Source of the DNA: a virus
Length of the DNA: 64,000 bases
IMG/VR virus record: IMGVR_UViG_3300033179_000001
Span: 1-64,000 of that record
Reading direction: 5' to 3' (one strand)
Shown here: piece after piece, positions 47,603 through 55,892 of the stretch
Layout: every line of letters begins with the position of its first letter
Numbering within the stretch: the stretch's first letter is position 1
The notes under the pieces: model-generated
Told to the model about the DNA's origin: nothing
Databases searched by the model: none
What the model saw: only the letters and a program-made list of their open reading frames with translations
Position numbers and translations under genes: made by a program

Positions 47603-48355
47603 CTATTTGACTGGAGTGGTGACTAATTTTAGAGATTTTGTCTCAATTGTAGATACTGGACGGAGTGGAACACGATCATTGCCCCAAACTCGGCGTGCGT
47701 AATCAATACCTTCTGCCGCGCCTTTAAGCAATGCCGTGTCGATCTCCGCTTGGCGCTTGACGCGCTCAGCCTCTTTGATCTTGCCCTCTAGTTCATTTTG
47801 ATAGACGCACATTTTACGGCCCTGCGGGGTGGCATCAACCCAACCATAAAGGGACGGTGGCCGCATGATATCGCTCTCGTCCGGTGCTCCAACCTTGATC
47901 CCCATAGCCATGCACATCACGATGAAATGCTGCATCGCGGGACGCTGATCGGCATATTCGCCGGGCAACGTCATATCGATACCGTAGAGCCCGATTTCGG
48001 TCGCGCCCTCCGCAATCGCCAGCGCCATCATATAGGCAAATGTGCTTGTGAAAAAATAGAGCGAGTGCTTTGCGATCATTTCTTCAAGCGGATACGGCGT
48101 GGCGTGCTTGATATATTCTCGGCTCTGCGCATAGATCAAAAACTCTTGCTCGTTCAGCCAGTCGACATATTCGCCAGCGCCCCATTTCTCGCTCTCTGGC
48201 CAGCCAAGATCACCGTGGATTTCAAACCATCGCGTGACCCGTGGCAATTTTCCAAATGCATTTCCGGGAGAACACGCCCAAATCTCCCAATCGCCATTTG
48301 CGTAAGGCGCGAGCATGCGCGAACTGGGGCAGGTACCGACTAGGGCAACTTTCAA
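47603..48355 (-). CDS. sialyltransferase/Maf-fold putative glycosyltransferase
   Basis: KVALVGTCPSS...WEIWAC...RWFEIH...FTSTFAYMMALAIAEGATEIGLYGIDM...EY..QR; ends TAG. Confidence 0.6.
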   Translation of the reverse strand: MKVALVGTCPSSRMLAPYANGDWEIWACSPGNAFGKLPRVTRWFEIHGDLGWPESEKWGAGEYVDWLNEQEFLIYAQSREYIKHATPYPLEEMIAKHSLYFFTSTFAYMMALAIAEGATEIGLYGIDMTLPGEYADQRPAMQHFIVMCMAMGIKVGAPDESDIMRPPSLYGWVDATPQGRKMCVYQNELEGKIKEAERVKRQAEIDTALLKGAAEGIDYARRVWGNDRVPLRPVSTIETKSLKLVTTPVK

Positions 48356-50931
48356 ACTGGATTCTCCCCTTCAGGAATTGGCTCAACGCCGACCGGCCGG
48401 CCATTCGGCCCATACACGATCCTTCGTCTGGTGTTGGCAGCCTTGTGGATCATAGCCGCCGCCTCCGCAAGGCTCCGGACGTTGTCCTGATGACCTTGCG
48501 CATTCGCCGTGGCCATCGTCGGTGCTGGTAAACCGTTCGTGGCCGCATGCGTCATGCGCTCGTGTGCCAACTTTTGCATTTCGAATGCATGTTGTTCGCG
48601 AGCCATGGTCTGCTCGAACTGCATCTTTTCCATTTCCCATTGATGCTTCATCGCGGCTAATTGTTGCTCTCGCTGATCGTTCGCCTGCTGCGCCTGAGCT
48701 TCGATTTTGGCGTTGGCAATTTCGGCTTGAGCTTTGGCGACATCGGCTTGGCCCTTGGCTGCCTCGGGGCTTTGATGACCCGCCATACCGGCTGCGGCAT
48801 TTTGTGCCAGTTTTTCGGCTTTCTCCGCATATTCATCGATCGCCGATTCCAGATCGCGTCCGGTTCTGAACTTGCGGACACCCCATTGCAGCATTTTGGC
48901 CAATAGCGGGACAACCGCCGGATTAGCCGCCCCCAACAATTGAGCGGCTTGCATGAATTTCGTCACCGATTCGATAAATGTAGTCGCATCGGCCCGTTCT
49001 TGCTGAACATCGCCAGCGATCATCGTATCGGTTTCGATGTCGATCCGGTAACCGCGCGAGATATCGGACTTCAGAAGGTCTATCGCCTTCTTAATCTTCG
49101 CCATGGTCTGCAAGACCTTCGGCGAAAGTAGCGGTGCCCCTGGAGGCATCATCGGCTGGACATTTTGGGCCGGAGGCTGCATCGGCACCATGGCAGTGCC
49201 GGGCTGCGGCATTCCTCCCGGAATTTGTGGCATTCCTACCGGAGGCTGTCCCTGAGCCATTGGCGGGGCCATGGGTGTGCCTTGAGCCGGCGGCGGCAAC
49301 TGTGCCATCCCGCCCGGCGGGGCCATCCCGGGGGCCGCTCCGGGCATCGGTGGGGCCAATGGCGGGGCATCCGGCGCAATCGGCTGCATCGAAACCGGGT
49401 CAATGCCCTCTTCGTACAGAATCCCCGATATTTCGATCAGCGTTTCAGGTTGGAAGTGCTTGGCAATCACCTCCGCGACCAATCGCACGACATCCTGAGC
49501 AAACCTGCTCACTTCTAGACGGCGATCCTCGATCCGTGTCTGTCCGCCATTCGATTTGAGCCGCATTCCGCCCAAAGTCTCGCGGCCATCGCTGGTCTGA
49601 CTGATCAGAGCGCTGATACCGGTGATCCGCTCATAATCTTCCAAAACCTGTTGTCGGACCTCAATAAGGCCCTTCAGGGTCTCCATGACCTCTTTGATAG
49701 GCAGGAACGCTATTGCACTCTGCAGGCCGCCTTTTGACGCGAATTGTGCCCACCCTTCGACGGGGATCAGTTCATTCTCGACCGATTCGTCCAGCAGCCG
49801 ACGCAACGGCTTATTCGCGGCGTCATAGCAGCCTGCGACCTTGAGAGCCTTCGCCAGCAGGCTGATCCGCTGCGTCAACTCGTCGATCTGGTTAGCCTGA
49901 TCCTGATATTCTGAGAAATCCGGAACCGGGATCAGTGATTCGTTCGTCATCGTGGCCGAAAGTGGCTCCGGGCACGGGAAGAAATTGCGCAACTGCAATG
50001 GATCAGGCCGGCAATCGCAAAGGCTGTCGTAGCCTGTCGATATCCAGTAAACCTTGCCGTCCGCCTTGTTCCAGATTTCGTAAAGAACACGCTTCCGGCT
50101 GTTGTGATCGTCCAAGACATGCGGGGTGTTGTCGCCCGCGATCCGGTCGCGCATCATCATCTGAGGATCGGCTTGGATTTTGTTGCCGATATCCTCGCCG
50201 AACCGCTCAATGTTGTACGTTTTTGACGTGAATAGCCGCTTGCCTACCGCCTGCACTTCCTCCCATGTCCGAGCGGTACTCGGAAACATCAGGAAGTCTT
50301 TCCAGTGCACATAATCGACCGGTGCCGATTCGCTGATGATCCGAGAGCCGGTTTCTTCGAGCTTTTCCGTTTCTTCGCTTTCGTCCGGTTCCTTTATCTC
50401 GCCGTTGGCGTCGGCAACATCGGGTTCGACGGAGGCGGGGATTGATATGCCTTCCCCGATCTCCGGCTCGTACCGAACCCAAAGCTGTCCTCTTCCAGGA
50501 AGGAGATAGTCATCACGCGCCCTCCGCATCGATGGATGAAAGCCATTCTCTTGGAGTTCATTACGTAAGGCCCGCTCAAGGATGGTAGCTGATATCCGAC
50601 CAACTGGGTCTCGATCATTGAACTTCCTCTCGCATACCGCATCTGGGACCTTGGAATAAACCGCAGGCTTCAGAATTTGAACCGACGACCACAGCAGATT
50701 GAGCCGGCGCTGGCCGTTCTGATCGGCCATCGTCCGATCGTCTCGATACCGCTTCAGGATGTCGGCACCGCGCTTGTACCAGTTTTCCTGAATCTGCTCG
50801 ACCGCGTGAACCTCTCCCTTCCAATATCGGGCCATCCGGCGGGCTTCTTCCGGATCGTTCATGATCGGATCGATACCGCTGTCTTCCGGCTCGTCTTCCA
50901 TCTGGTCTCGGTCGTTCTCAACCATGGCCAT
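48352..50931 (-). CDS. portal protein
   Basis: 859 aa, two genes after TerL; NLLWSSVQILKPAVY, DYVHWKDF, FFPCPEP, YERITGIS. Confidence 0.85.
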   Translation of the reverse strand: MAMVENDRDQMEDEPEDSGIDPIMNDPEEARRMARYWKGEVHAVEQIQENWYKRGADILKRYRDDRTMADQNGQRRLNLLWSSVQILKPAVYSKVPDAVCERKFNDRDPVGRISATILERALRNELQENGFHPSMRRARDDYLLPGRGQLWVRYEPEIGEGISIPASVEPDVADANGEIKEPDESEETEKLEETGSRIISESAPVDYVHWKDFLMFPSTARTWEEVQAVGKRLFTSKTYNIERFGEDIGNKIQADPQMMMRDRIAGDNTPHVLDDHNSRKRVLYEIWNKADGKVYWISTGYDSLCDCRPDPLQLRNFFPCPEPLSATMTNESLIPVPDFSEYQDQANQIDELTQRISLLAKALKVAGCYDAANKPLRRLLDESVENELIPVEGWAQFASKGGLQSAIAFLPIKEVMETLKGLIEVRQQVLEDYERITGISALISQTSDGRETLGGMRLKSNGGQTRIEDRRLEVSRFAQDVVRLVAEVIAKHFQPETLIEISGILYEEGIDPVSMQPIAPDAPPLAPPMPGAAPGMAPPGGMAQLPPPAQGTPMAPPMAQGQPPVGMPQIPGGMPQPGTAMVPMQPPAQNVQPMMPPGAPLLSPKVLQTMAKIKKAIDLLKSDISRGYRIDIETDTMIAGDVQQERADATTFIESVTKFMQAAQLLGAANPAVVPLLAKMLQWGVRKFRTGRDLESAIDEYAEKAEKLAQNAAAGMAGHQSPEAAKGQADVAKAQAEIANAKIEAQAQQANDQREQQLAAMKHQWEMEKMQFEQTMAREQHAFEMQKLAHERMTHAATNGLPAPTMATANAQGHQDNVRSLAEAAAMIHKAANTRRRIVYGPNGRPVGVEPIPEGENPV

Positions 50932-51265
50932 TAGGCCACCCCCTCAATTCATGAAGCCGCCCTTTTTCAAAACCCTCTTTGAGGCTTAATGCGTGCTTTT
51001 TTATTTCACGCTCAATAGCATCAATGATGGCATCCTGCCCCTTATCCTTTTCGGATTCTGCCGCAGCCGTGGCAGATTCTACCACGCCATCAGAAAACCA
51101 ATAACGACCTTCTAGATTCCGGACTGTGGTGATCACCACATCTTTGATAGATGGCTCCAATCTAGGATTATCGCGCAATGGCTTGTTGAATATCCACCGC
51201 AGCGGTCTTTCGATCGGCCAATGATTTATTGCGTAGCGAAGGCGGCACAAAAAACCCATTTTCAA
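50918..51265 (-). CDS. hypothetical protein
   Basis: ORF coupled between TerL and portal. Confidence 0.55.
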   Translation of the reverse strand: MKMGFLCRLRYAINHWPIERPLRWIFNKPLRDNPRLEPSIKDVVITTVRNLEGRYWFSDGVVESATAAAESEKDKGQDAIIDAIEREIKKHALSLKEGFEKGRLHELRGWPNGHG

Positions 51266-52863
51266 ATCCTCTTGTACGGCATGAATTTGTTCTCTCGCAC
51301 CTTTTCGAAATCGCCCATCACGTCCTTGATCTGCAATTCGTTGTCCGAGCCAACCGTCATGATGCGGCCTTTTTCAGAACTGCCGTCAGAACGTGAATAA
51401 GGTCTTGCATTGCACATATACCGGCACTCATCTGGGGCGTGATCCTCGCCATCGGAATCAACATCTTCGATATTGTCTTTGTCATGCTGAAGCGCCGGCA
51501 ATGTCCTTATACTATCAACGCAATTCTCAAAAAAGTAAATCATCGGATCGCCGTCCTGCCCAATTAAGCGAGCACGGACCATGTCCCAGCCTCCCATTGC
51601 TCCCTTGCGGCTAACGCGAGTATTATCTGCAGGCTGCCAGAATTGGTAATACGGAGCAACGGCTAGTCGTTCGCCAATTGATGGTCCTCCATCCTCCTTA
51701 AATATCGACGGATCAGCTACTCTGAGCGATATTCTAGGTCTCCCTTGATCGTTTACAGGTTCTCGCTTTTCCCGCTCCGCTACCCCACTGGCAAATTGCT
51801 CTACTGTAAGCTTCAATCCGGTATTGTTGTGCATCGATTGCCCATTTTCATCAATTTGGCAGCCATACCATTCGCGGTATCGAACCAAGGCGCCACGAGG
51901 CAAATCATTTTTATAGGCAAATCTAGGATCAAATGTACTAGGTGTATGATCCGCTAACGGCTCAAAACGATCTGGAACAAGAGCCCACCATCCAATCGAA
52001 AATGGCCGCGCTGAACCCCAGTCCATTGATGTAAATCGCGTCCAGTGCGGCGGTACAATAAACTGAGGGATGACATGCCTACGCTCGTCCCACTCATCGA
52101 AATATGCGCCTTCGATAATGTCCCAGTTGCCCTGCAGCCATGCGGCCACCAATCGCGCGTTTCCAACCATCTGCAGACGCGCGACATATTGCGGAGTGTT
52201 GTTATATTTGTTGTCGGTGATCTTGCTCGGGATAAAAACCCGTTCCTGCTCATACTCTTCTTTCGTGAACGGATTTACCAACTTCGATTTTATAACCTGC
52301 ATGCCGCGCGGTGCCGGCATGATGTAGCGCTGTTTGATCCAGAGATGCCCAACACCTCCAGGATTGCCAGTCGCCCTAAACCCGCATCGAACCTTCGGGT
52401 TTGACGATCGGATACAAGCCATCAGTTTAAAGATTGGCGTTGGGCTGGGGAAATTTCCTAATTCTTCGACATATATCCGGCTGAACGATCCGCCTTGGTA
52501 CCGGTCTGCGTCATCATCATTGTCGATATATGCGAATGTCAGACGTGCGCCATTAGGAAAACGCCACATCTTTTCCGAAACATGCCACACAGCGCCAAGT
52601 TGGCCATAAATCTGTTTGCTGCGCTCTATTAGTTCTTTTAGCTGCGTCAGTTCGCGCCGAATCACCAACCCGATCGCGTCAATCCCAAATTCATCCGCAT
52701 GGCTGGCGAAATCTCCAAGCATTCCGTCCGATTTGCCACCGCCCCGAGCGCCTCCGAAGAAGATTTCGAATACGGGGCATGACAGCAGCCAAGTCTGAGG
52801 CCCTGGATTTGGCTCCCAAACGACACGATAGATTGGATTTGTGCGATCTGCGTGCGTGGACAT
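51262..52863 (-). CDS. terL: terminase large subunit
   Basis: Walker A GGARGGGKS, Walker B IYVEE, ATGNPGG, SMDWG, EDHAPDECRY. Confidence 0.93.
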   Translation of the reverse strand: MSTHADRTNPIYRVVWEPNPGPQTWLLSCPVFEIFFGGARGGGKSDGMLGDFASHADEFGIDAIGLVIRRELTQLKELIERSKQIYGQLGAVWHVSEKMWRFPNGARLTFAYIDNDDDADRYQGGSFSRIYVEELGNFPSPTPIFKLMACIRSSNPKVRCGFRATGNPGGVGHLWIKQRYIMPAPRGMQVIKSKLVNPFTKEEYEQERVFIPSKITDNKYNNTPQYVARLQMVGNARLVAAWLQGNWDIIEGAYFDEWDERRHVIPQFIVPPHWTRFTSMDWGSARPFSIGWWALVPDRFEPLADHTPSTFDPRFAYKNDLPRGALVRYREWYGCQIDENGQSMHNNTGLKLTVEQFASGVAEREKREPVNDQGRPRISLRVADPSIFKEDGGPSIGERLAVAPYYQFWQPADNTRVSRKGAMGGWDMVRARLIGQDGDPMIYFFENCVDSIRTLPALQHDKDNIEDVDSDGEDHAPDECRYMCNARPYSRSDGSSEKGRIMTVGSDNELQIKDVMGDFEKVRENKFMPYKRI

Positions 52864-52866
52864 CGC

Positions 52867-53070
52867 TTAACGCCGTTTAGTCTTGATCGCGTCTCGGATC
52901 GTATCGCGTAGCCCGCGCTCGAACTTCCTGCACCACATGTCCGGCTCTATGTCGCCCTCAACCAAGACGCAACTTTTGCTGTTCGGCCGGAAATGCTCGC
53001 AGATGCCGCAGTGCGCTTGCGGTTTCCCTTTGGAATAGTCGACTTCGGCTTTGGTGAACTTGCCAGCCAT
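52867..53070 (-). CDS. HiPIP-like four-Cys (Fe-S) protein
   Basis: Y...HCGICEHF...SCVLVEGDIEPDMWCRKF. Confidence 0.7.
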   Translation of the reverse strand: MAGKFTKAEVDYSKGKPQAHCGICEHFRPNSKSCVLVEGDIEPDMWCRKFERGLRDTIRDAIKTKRR

Positions 53071-53085
53071 ACTACATGTCTAGCA

Positions 53086-54045
53086 CTAATATCGATGCAA
53101 GACACCATGAACGTAGCTGCAACTCATCGTAAGATTCCCAGCCCACGCATAGATGTCTGGCATCGGCCTCGTGGCTTCCGCAAAAAAACGATCCTGATCA
53201 ATCTTTTTCCAATTACGTCCAGCGTAGAACCTCCAACGGAAATATTTCGTATGAAGAAAATAAATCCTAGATGGGATAACCGAATGGTTCTCGATTATTG
53301 ATTGCAGGCTTGGATCAAGAACAACCGCCGTCTCACCAAAATCCAGAGATTCGAATCCCCAATCCGAATATTTGGATTTAAGCATACCATCAGGTAAAGA
53401 TTTCTTGAAATCGTTGAAATCATCCTTCCCCATCAGGATCAAATCCGGCCGCTCCAGTTTCGTAGAACCAACATATTCAACGATCGAAAGCTTTTCGATC
53501 ATCAGGCCCATCACATCGCTAAGTTTCTGGCCACTGCGATAACTTATCGAAAGATTACGCCAAAACCGATGTTGCTTCCGATCAATCCCACCCACCATAC
53601 CGATCGTCGGCGTGATGCTCACTAGGTCAGGCAAGGAGTTGATTGAATTTCTGCCGCCGCCCGACGAGATCGCCTGCGCTGTCATCTTAGCAGCCTCAGC
53701 AACCGGGTCGATTTCCTGTTTGTCTTCGTGGAAGGCCACGGCCGCTTGCTGGATCGGATATTCGGCAGCGGTGAATACCCCGCTAACTTCGTGATTTTGG
53801 AAAGCCTGATGTAGATTATTGGCTGGCTTCCATTGGCCCGGCTTTAGAACCTCATAGCCTCCATACCACGTAAATGGCGGAAATTGATTCGGCTCGACCA
53901 AAACTGGAAATGCAATCTCCTGAATGATGGTCCGACCGCCCTCGAATGATTTGATATTTCCAATCTCATTGAGCCGGCAAAGCAGTGGGTGGCTTGCGAT
54001 CGTCGCTTTTTGCAGTCGTTCAGAAATCTCGTCTGTGGCCGCCAT
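53086..54045 (-). CDS. diverged paralogue of the major capsid protein
   Basis: GNIKSFEGGRTIIQE, FTAAEYPIQQ, VGGIDR..H.FW.N, YAGRN, WAGNLTMSC align with the capsid at 39836. Confidence 0.85.
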   Translation of the reverse strand: MAATDEISERLQKATIASHPLLCRLNEIGNIKSFEGGRTIIQEIAFPVLVEPNQFPPFTWYGGYEVLKPGQWKPANNLHQAFQNHEVSGVFTAAEYPIQQAAVAFHEDKQEIDPVAEAAKMTAQAISSGGGRNSINSLPDLVSITPTIGMVGGIDRKQHRFWRNLSISYRSGQKLSDVMGLMIEKLSIVEYVGSTKLERPDLILMGKDDFNDFKKSLPDGMLKSKYSDWGFESLDFGETAVVLDPSLQSIIENHSVIPSRIYFLHTKYFRWRFYAGRNWKKIDQDRFFAEATRPMPDIYAWAGNLTMSCSYVHGVLHRY

Positions 54046-54093
54046 AGGCTTGGCCTCCGTGTTGTGAGCCGCATGATGCGTGCTCTGAGGCGA

Positions 54094-54122
54094 TGACTAC
54101 CACGGGAGGCGATGACGTGCAA
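54094..54122 (-). promoter_or_regulatory. putative promoter for capsid paralogue/terL, overlapped by an 11-bp direct repeat
   Basis: TTGCAC-N17-TAGTCA; GTCATCGCCTC occurs at 54087-54097 and 54106-54116. Confidence 0.45.
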
Positions 54123-54132
54123 TTTGGACAAT

Positions 54133-54167
54133 AAAAAGCCGCCCGCGTCATGACGACGGGGCGGCTT
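54133..54167 (-). terminator. intrinsic terminator ending the tRNA array
   Basis: AAGCCGCCC...GGGCGGCTT hairpin followed by a T run. Confidence 0.85.
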
Positions 54168-54172
54168 GAGAT

Positions 54173-54243
54173 TGGCACCGGTACAAGGATTTGAACCCTG
54201 CTTGCAGGATTTGGAGTTCTGCTAACGCCCAGCGTCTACCGGT
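54173..54243 (-). tRNA. trnW: tRNA-Trp(CCA), compact atypical fold
   Basis: ACCGGTA/TACCGGT acceptor, loop CTCCAAA, G73, CCA; tiny D arm. Confidence 0.8.
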
Positions 54244-54246
54244 AAT

Positions 54247-54323
54247 TGGTACTGCCTTTCTGATTTGAACAGAATCCCACCGATTCACAGTCGGCGTGCT
54301 CATTGCCATCGAGCATAGGCAGC
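54247..54323 (-). tRNA. trnH: tRNA-His(GTG), G1:U72 and A73
   Basis: GCCGA CTGTGAA TCGGT; CCA encoded. Confidence 0.88.
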
Positions 54324-54324
54324 A

Positions 54325-54395
54325 TGGTCCCGAAGGGCGGTGCCGACCCGCCCTGACAGCCGTATGAAAGCCGTTTCCTCGCCGGAGGCATCGGG
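54325..54395 (-). tRNA. tRNA with CAT anticodon, compact atypical fold
   Basis: ACGGCT TTCATAC GGCTGT; CCA; T loop GTCGGCA. Confidence 0.65.
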
Positions 54396-54396
54396 A

Positions 54397-54470
54397 TGGC
54401 AGCCGGTGTCTGAATCGAACAGACGTTCAGGCATTCAAAGTGCCTTCTCTTGCCACTAAAGGAACCGGCC
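54397..54470 (-). tRNA. trnQ: tRNA-Gln(TTG)
   Basis: AGGCA CTTTGAA TGCCT; G73; CCA. Confidence 0.88.
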
Positions 54471-54475
54471 ACAAT

Positions 54476-54550
54476 TGGTAGAGCCTAGCGGTTTCGATCC
54501 GCTTCCTCCCGGGTGAAGGCCGGGGATTCTAGCCAGTAAACTAAGGCTCC
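54476..54550 (-). tRNA. trnE: tRNA-Glu(TTC), C33
   Basis: CCCGG CCTTCAC CCGGG; CCA. Confidence 0.85.
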
Positions 54551-54551
54551 A

Positions 54552-54625
54552 TGGTGCGGGCTGCGGGAATCGAACCCGCGACATCGCGTTGGAAGCGCGA
54601 TATTTTACCATTAAACTAAGCACGC
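54552..54625 (-). tRNA. trnG: tRNA-Gly(TCC)
   Basis: TCGCG CTTCCAA CGCGA; CCA. Confidence 0.9.
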
Positions 54626-54629
54626 GAAT

Positions 54630-54715
54630 TGGCGGTGAACTGAGAGCACGATTCTCACACCTTACGGTGCCCTTCGTTTAGCAAACGAGGACGGGTCCCA
54701 CCCGCTTAGTTCACC
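54630..54715 (-). tRNA. trnS: tRNA-Ser(GCT)
   Basis: Loop TTGCTAA, long variable arm, G73, CCA. Confidence 0.85.
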
Positions 54716-54720
54716 ATAAA

Positions 54721-54797
54721 TGGTCTTGCCGGGACGACTCGAACGCCCACGATTTCGCTTAGGAGGCGAATGCTCTGTCCAGTTGAGCTACGGCAAG
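54721..54797 (-). tRNA. trnR: tRNA-Arg(CCT)
   Basis: TTCGC CTCCTAA GCGAA; CCA. Confidence 0.9.
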
Positions 54798-54799
54798 AT

Positions 54800-54876
54800 T
54801 GGCGCTTCCGAGAGGATTCGAACCCCTGGCGGCCCGAGGTAGAAACTCGGCGCTCTGTCCACTGAGCTACGGAAGC
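54800..54876 (-). tRNA. trnR: tRNA-Arg(TCT)
   Basis: CCGAG TTTCTAC CTCGG; CCA. Confidence 0.9.
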
Positions 54877-54879
54877 AAT

Positions 54880-54954
54880 TGGAAGCGTGATCGGGAGTTG
54901 AACCCGATTACAACAGTTTTGCAGACTGCGACCTATCCGACCGGTCCTCACGCC
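54880..54954 (-). tRNA. trnC: tRNA-Cys(GCA)
   Basis: GCAGT CTGCAAA ACTGT; U73; CCA. Confidence 0.87.
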
Positions 54955-54958
54955 ATAT

Positions 54959-55032
54959 TGGCACCCCTTGACGGTGTCGAGCCGCCGTTTCTGCGTTCAG
55001 AGCGCAGTGTCTTGCCGTTGGACGAAAGGGGC
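54959..55032 (-). tRNA. trnQ: tRNA-Gln(CTG)
   Basis: CTGCG CTCTGAA CGCAG; G73; CCA. Confidence 0.88.
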
Positions 55033-55036
55033 AAAT

Positions 55037-55110
55037 TGGTCAGGGTGGGAGGAGTTGAACCTCCACTGGCAGCGTCCGAGGCCGCCCGACTTCCGCAATC
55101 TTTCACCCTG
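55037..55110 (-). tRNA. trnP: tRNA-Pro(CGG)
   Basis: GCGGC CTCGGAC GCTGC; C1-G72, A73. Confidence 0.83.
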
Positions 55111-55111
55111 A

Positions 55112-55187
55112 TGGCGATCCCACGAGGAGTCGAACCTCGATCTCCCAGTTTCGTAGACTGGCACTCTGTCCATTGAGCTATGGGACC
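55112..55187 (-). tRNA. trnR: tRNA-Arg(ACG)
   Basis: CCAGT CTACGAA ACTGG; CCA. Confidence 0.9.
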
Positions 55188-55191
55188 GGGT

Positions 55192-55266
55192 TGGACCTGC
55201 TGACGGGTGCTGACCCCGTGTTTCCACCTTGAGAGGGTGGCGAACTGTCCGTTATTCGACAGCAGG
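55192..55266 (-). tRNA. trnE: tRNA-Glu(CTC)
   Basis: CCACC CTCTCAA GGTGG; atypical T loop GTCAGCA. Confidence 0.82.
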
Positions 55267-55276
55267 ATGATAGACT

Positions 55277-55353
55277 TTGCTCGCATCGCAGGACTCGAAC
55301 CTGCCACGGTCTGGTTAACAGCCAGATTCACACACCCGGTGCGATTGATGCGA
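55277..55353 (-). tRNA. trnN: tRNA-Asn(GTT), ends CAA instead of CCA
   Basis: TCTGG CTGTTAA CCAGA; U1-A72, G73. Confidence 0.85.
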
Positions 55354-55377
55354 GCAAAATCTAACAGATCAAGAAAA

Positions 55378-55452
55378 TGGTGGACCTCCACGGTTACGAT
55401 CCGTGTCCTTCGGTTTGCAGGACCGACGTGCTCCCATTATCACTAGAGGCCC
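55378..55452 (-). tRNA. trnA: tRNA-Ala(TGC), C33
   Basis: G3:U70; TCGGT CCTGCAA ACCGA. Confidence 0.88.
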
Positions 55453-55459
55453 GGGAGAA

Positions 55460-55535
55460 TGGTGCCCTGCGCTGGTTTCGATCCAGCCTCATCGGTTCTT
55501 CAAACCGAGGCAATCACCAGATTTGCTAACAGGGC
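55460..55535 (-). tRNA. trnF: tRNA-Phe(GAA)
   Basis: TCGGT TTGAAGA ACCGA; CCA. Confidence 0.88.
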
Positions 55536-55539
55536 GAAT

Positions 55540-55613
55540 TGGCGCGGGCAGGCAGAATCGAACTGCCGCTCGGACGTTGGCAACGTCCAGGTCTACCACT
55601 AACCTATGCACGC
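55540..55613 (-). tRNA. trnG: tRNA-Gly(GCC)
   Basis: GGACG TTGCCAA CGTCC; CCA. Confidence 0.88.
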
Positions 55614-55618
55614 ATATT

Positions 55619-55705
55619 TGGTGCCTCGTGAGGGTAACGATCCCCCGAGTCTCCGAAGAGTACAGTTTTACAGACTGAGCGGCCTCCTTAACCGCATACC
55701 GAGGC
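55619..55705 (-). tRNA. trnY: tRNA-Tyr(GTA)
   Basis: Loop CTGTAAA, long variable arm, A73, CCA. Confidence 0.85.
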
Positions 55706-55711
55706 AAATTT

Positions 55712-55786
55712 TGGTTGCAGGCCCAGAACTCGAATCTGGCTGTAACGGCTTATGAGGCCGAACGGGTCACCCGACCTTTACCTGCT
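55712..55786 (-). tRNA. tRNA-Met(CAT), initiator-like
   Basis: Loop CTCATAA; A1xA72 mismatch, G2-C71, C3-G70, A73. Confidence 0.75.
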
Positions 55787-55797
55787 TCAAAGGAAAT

Positions 55798-55886
55798 TGG
55801 CGGAGGGCGGGTAGATTCGAACTCCATGCCTTTCGGCACCCTCGGTTTTCAGGACCGCGACAGAACCCCGTCTGCTTCTGCCCTCC
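55798..55886 (-). tRNA. trnS: tRNA-Ser(TGA), C33
   Basis: Loop CCTGAAA, long variable arm, G73. Confidence 0.85.
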
Positions 55887-55892
55887 GTAACT

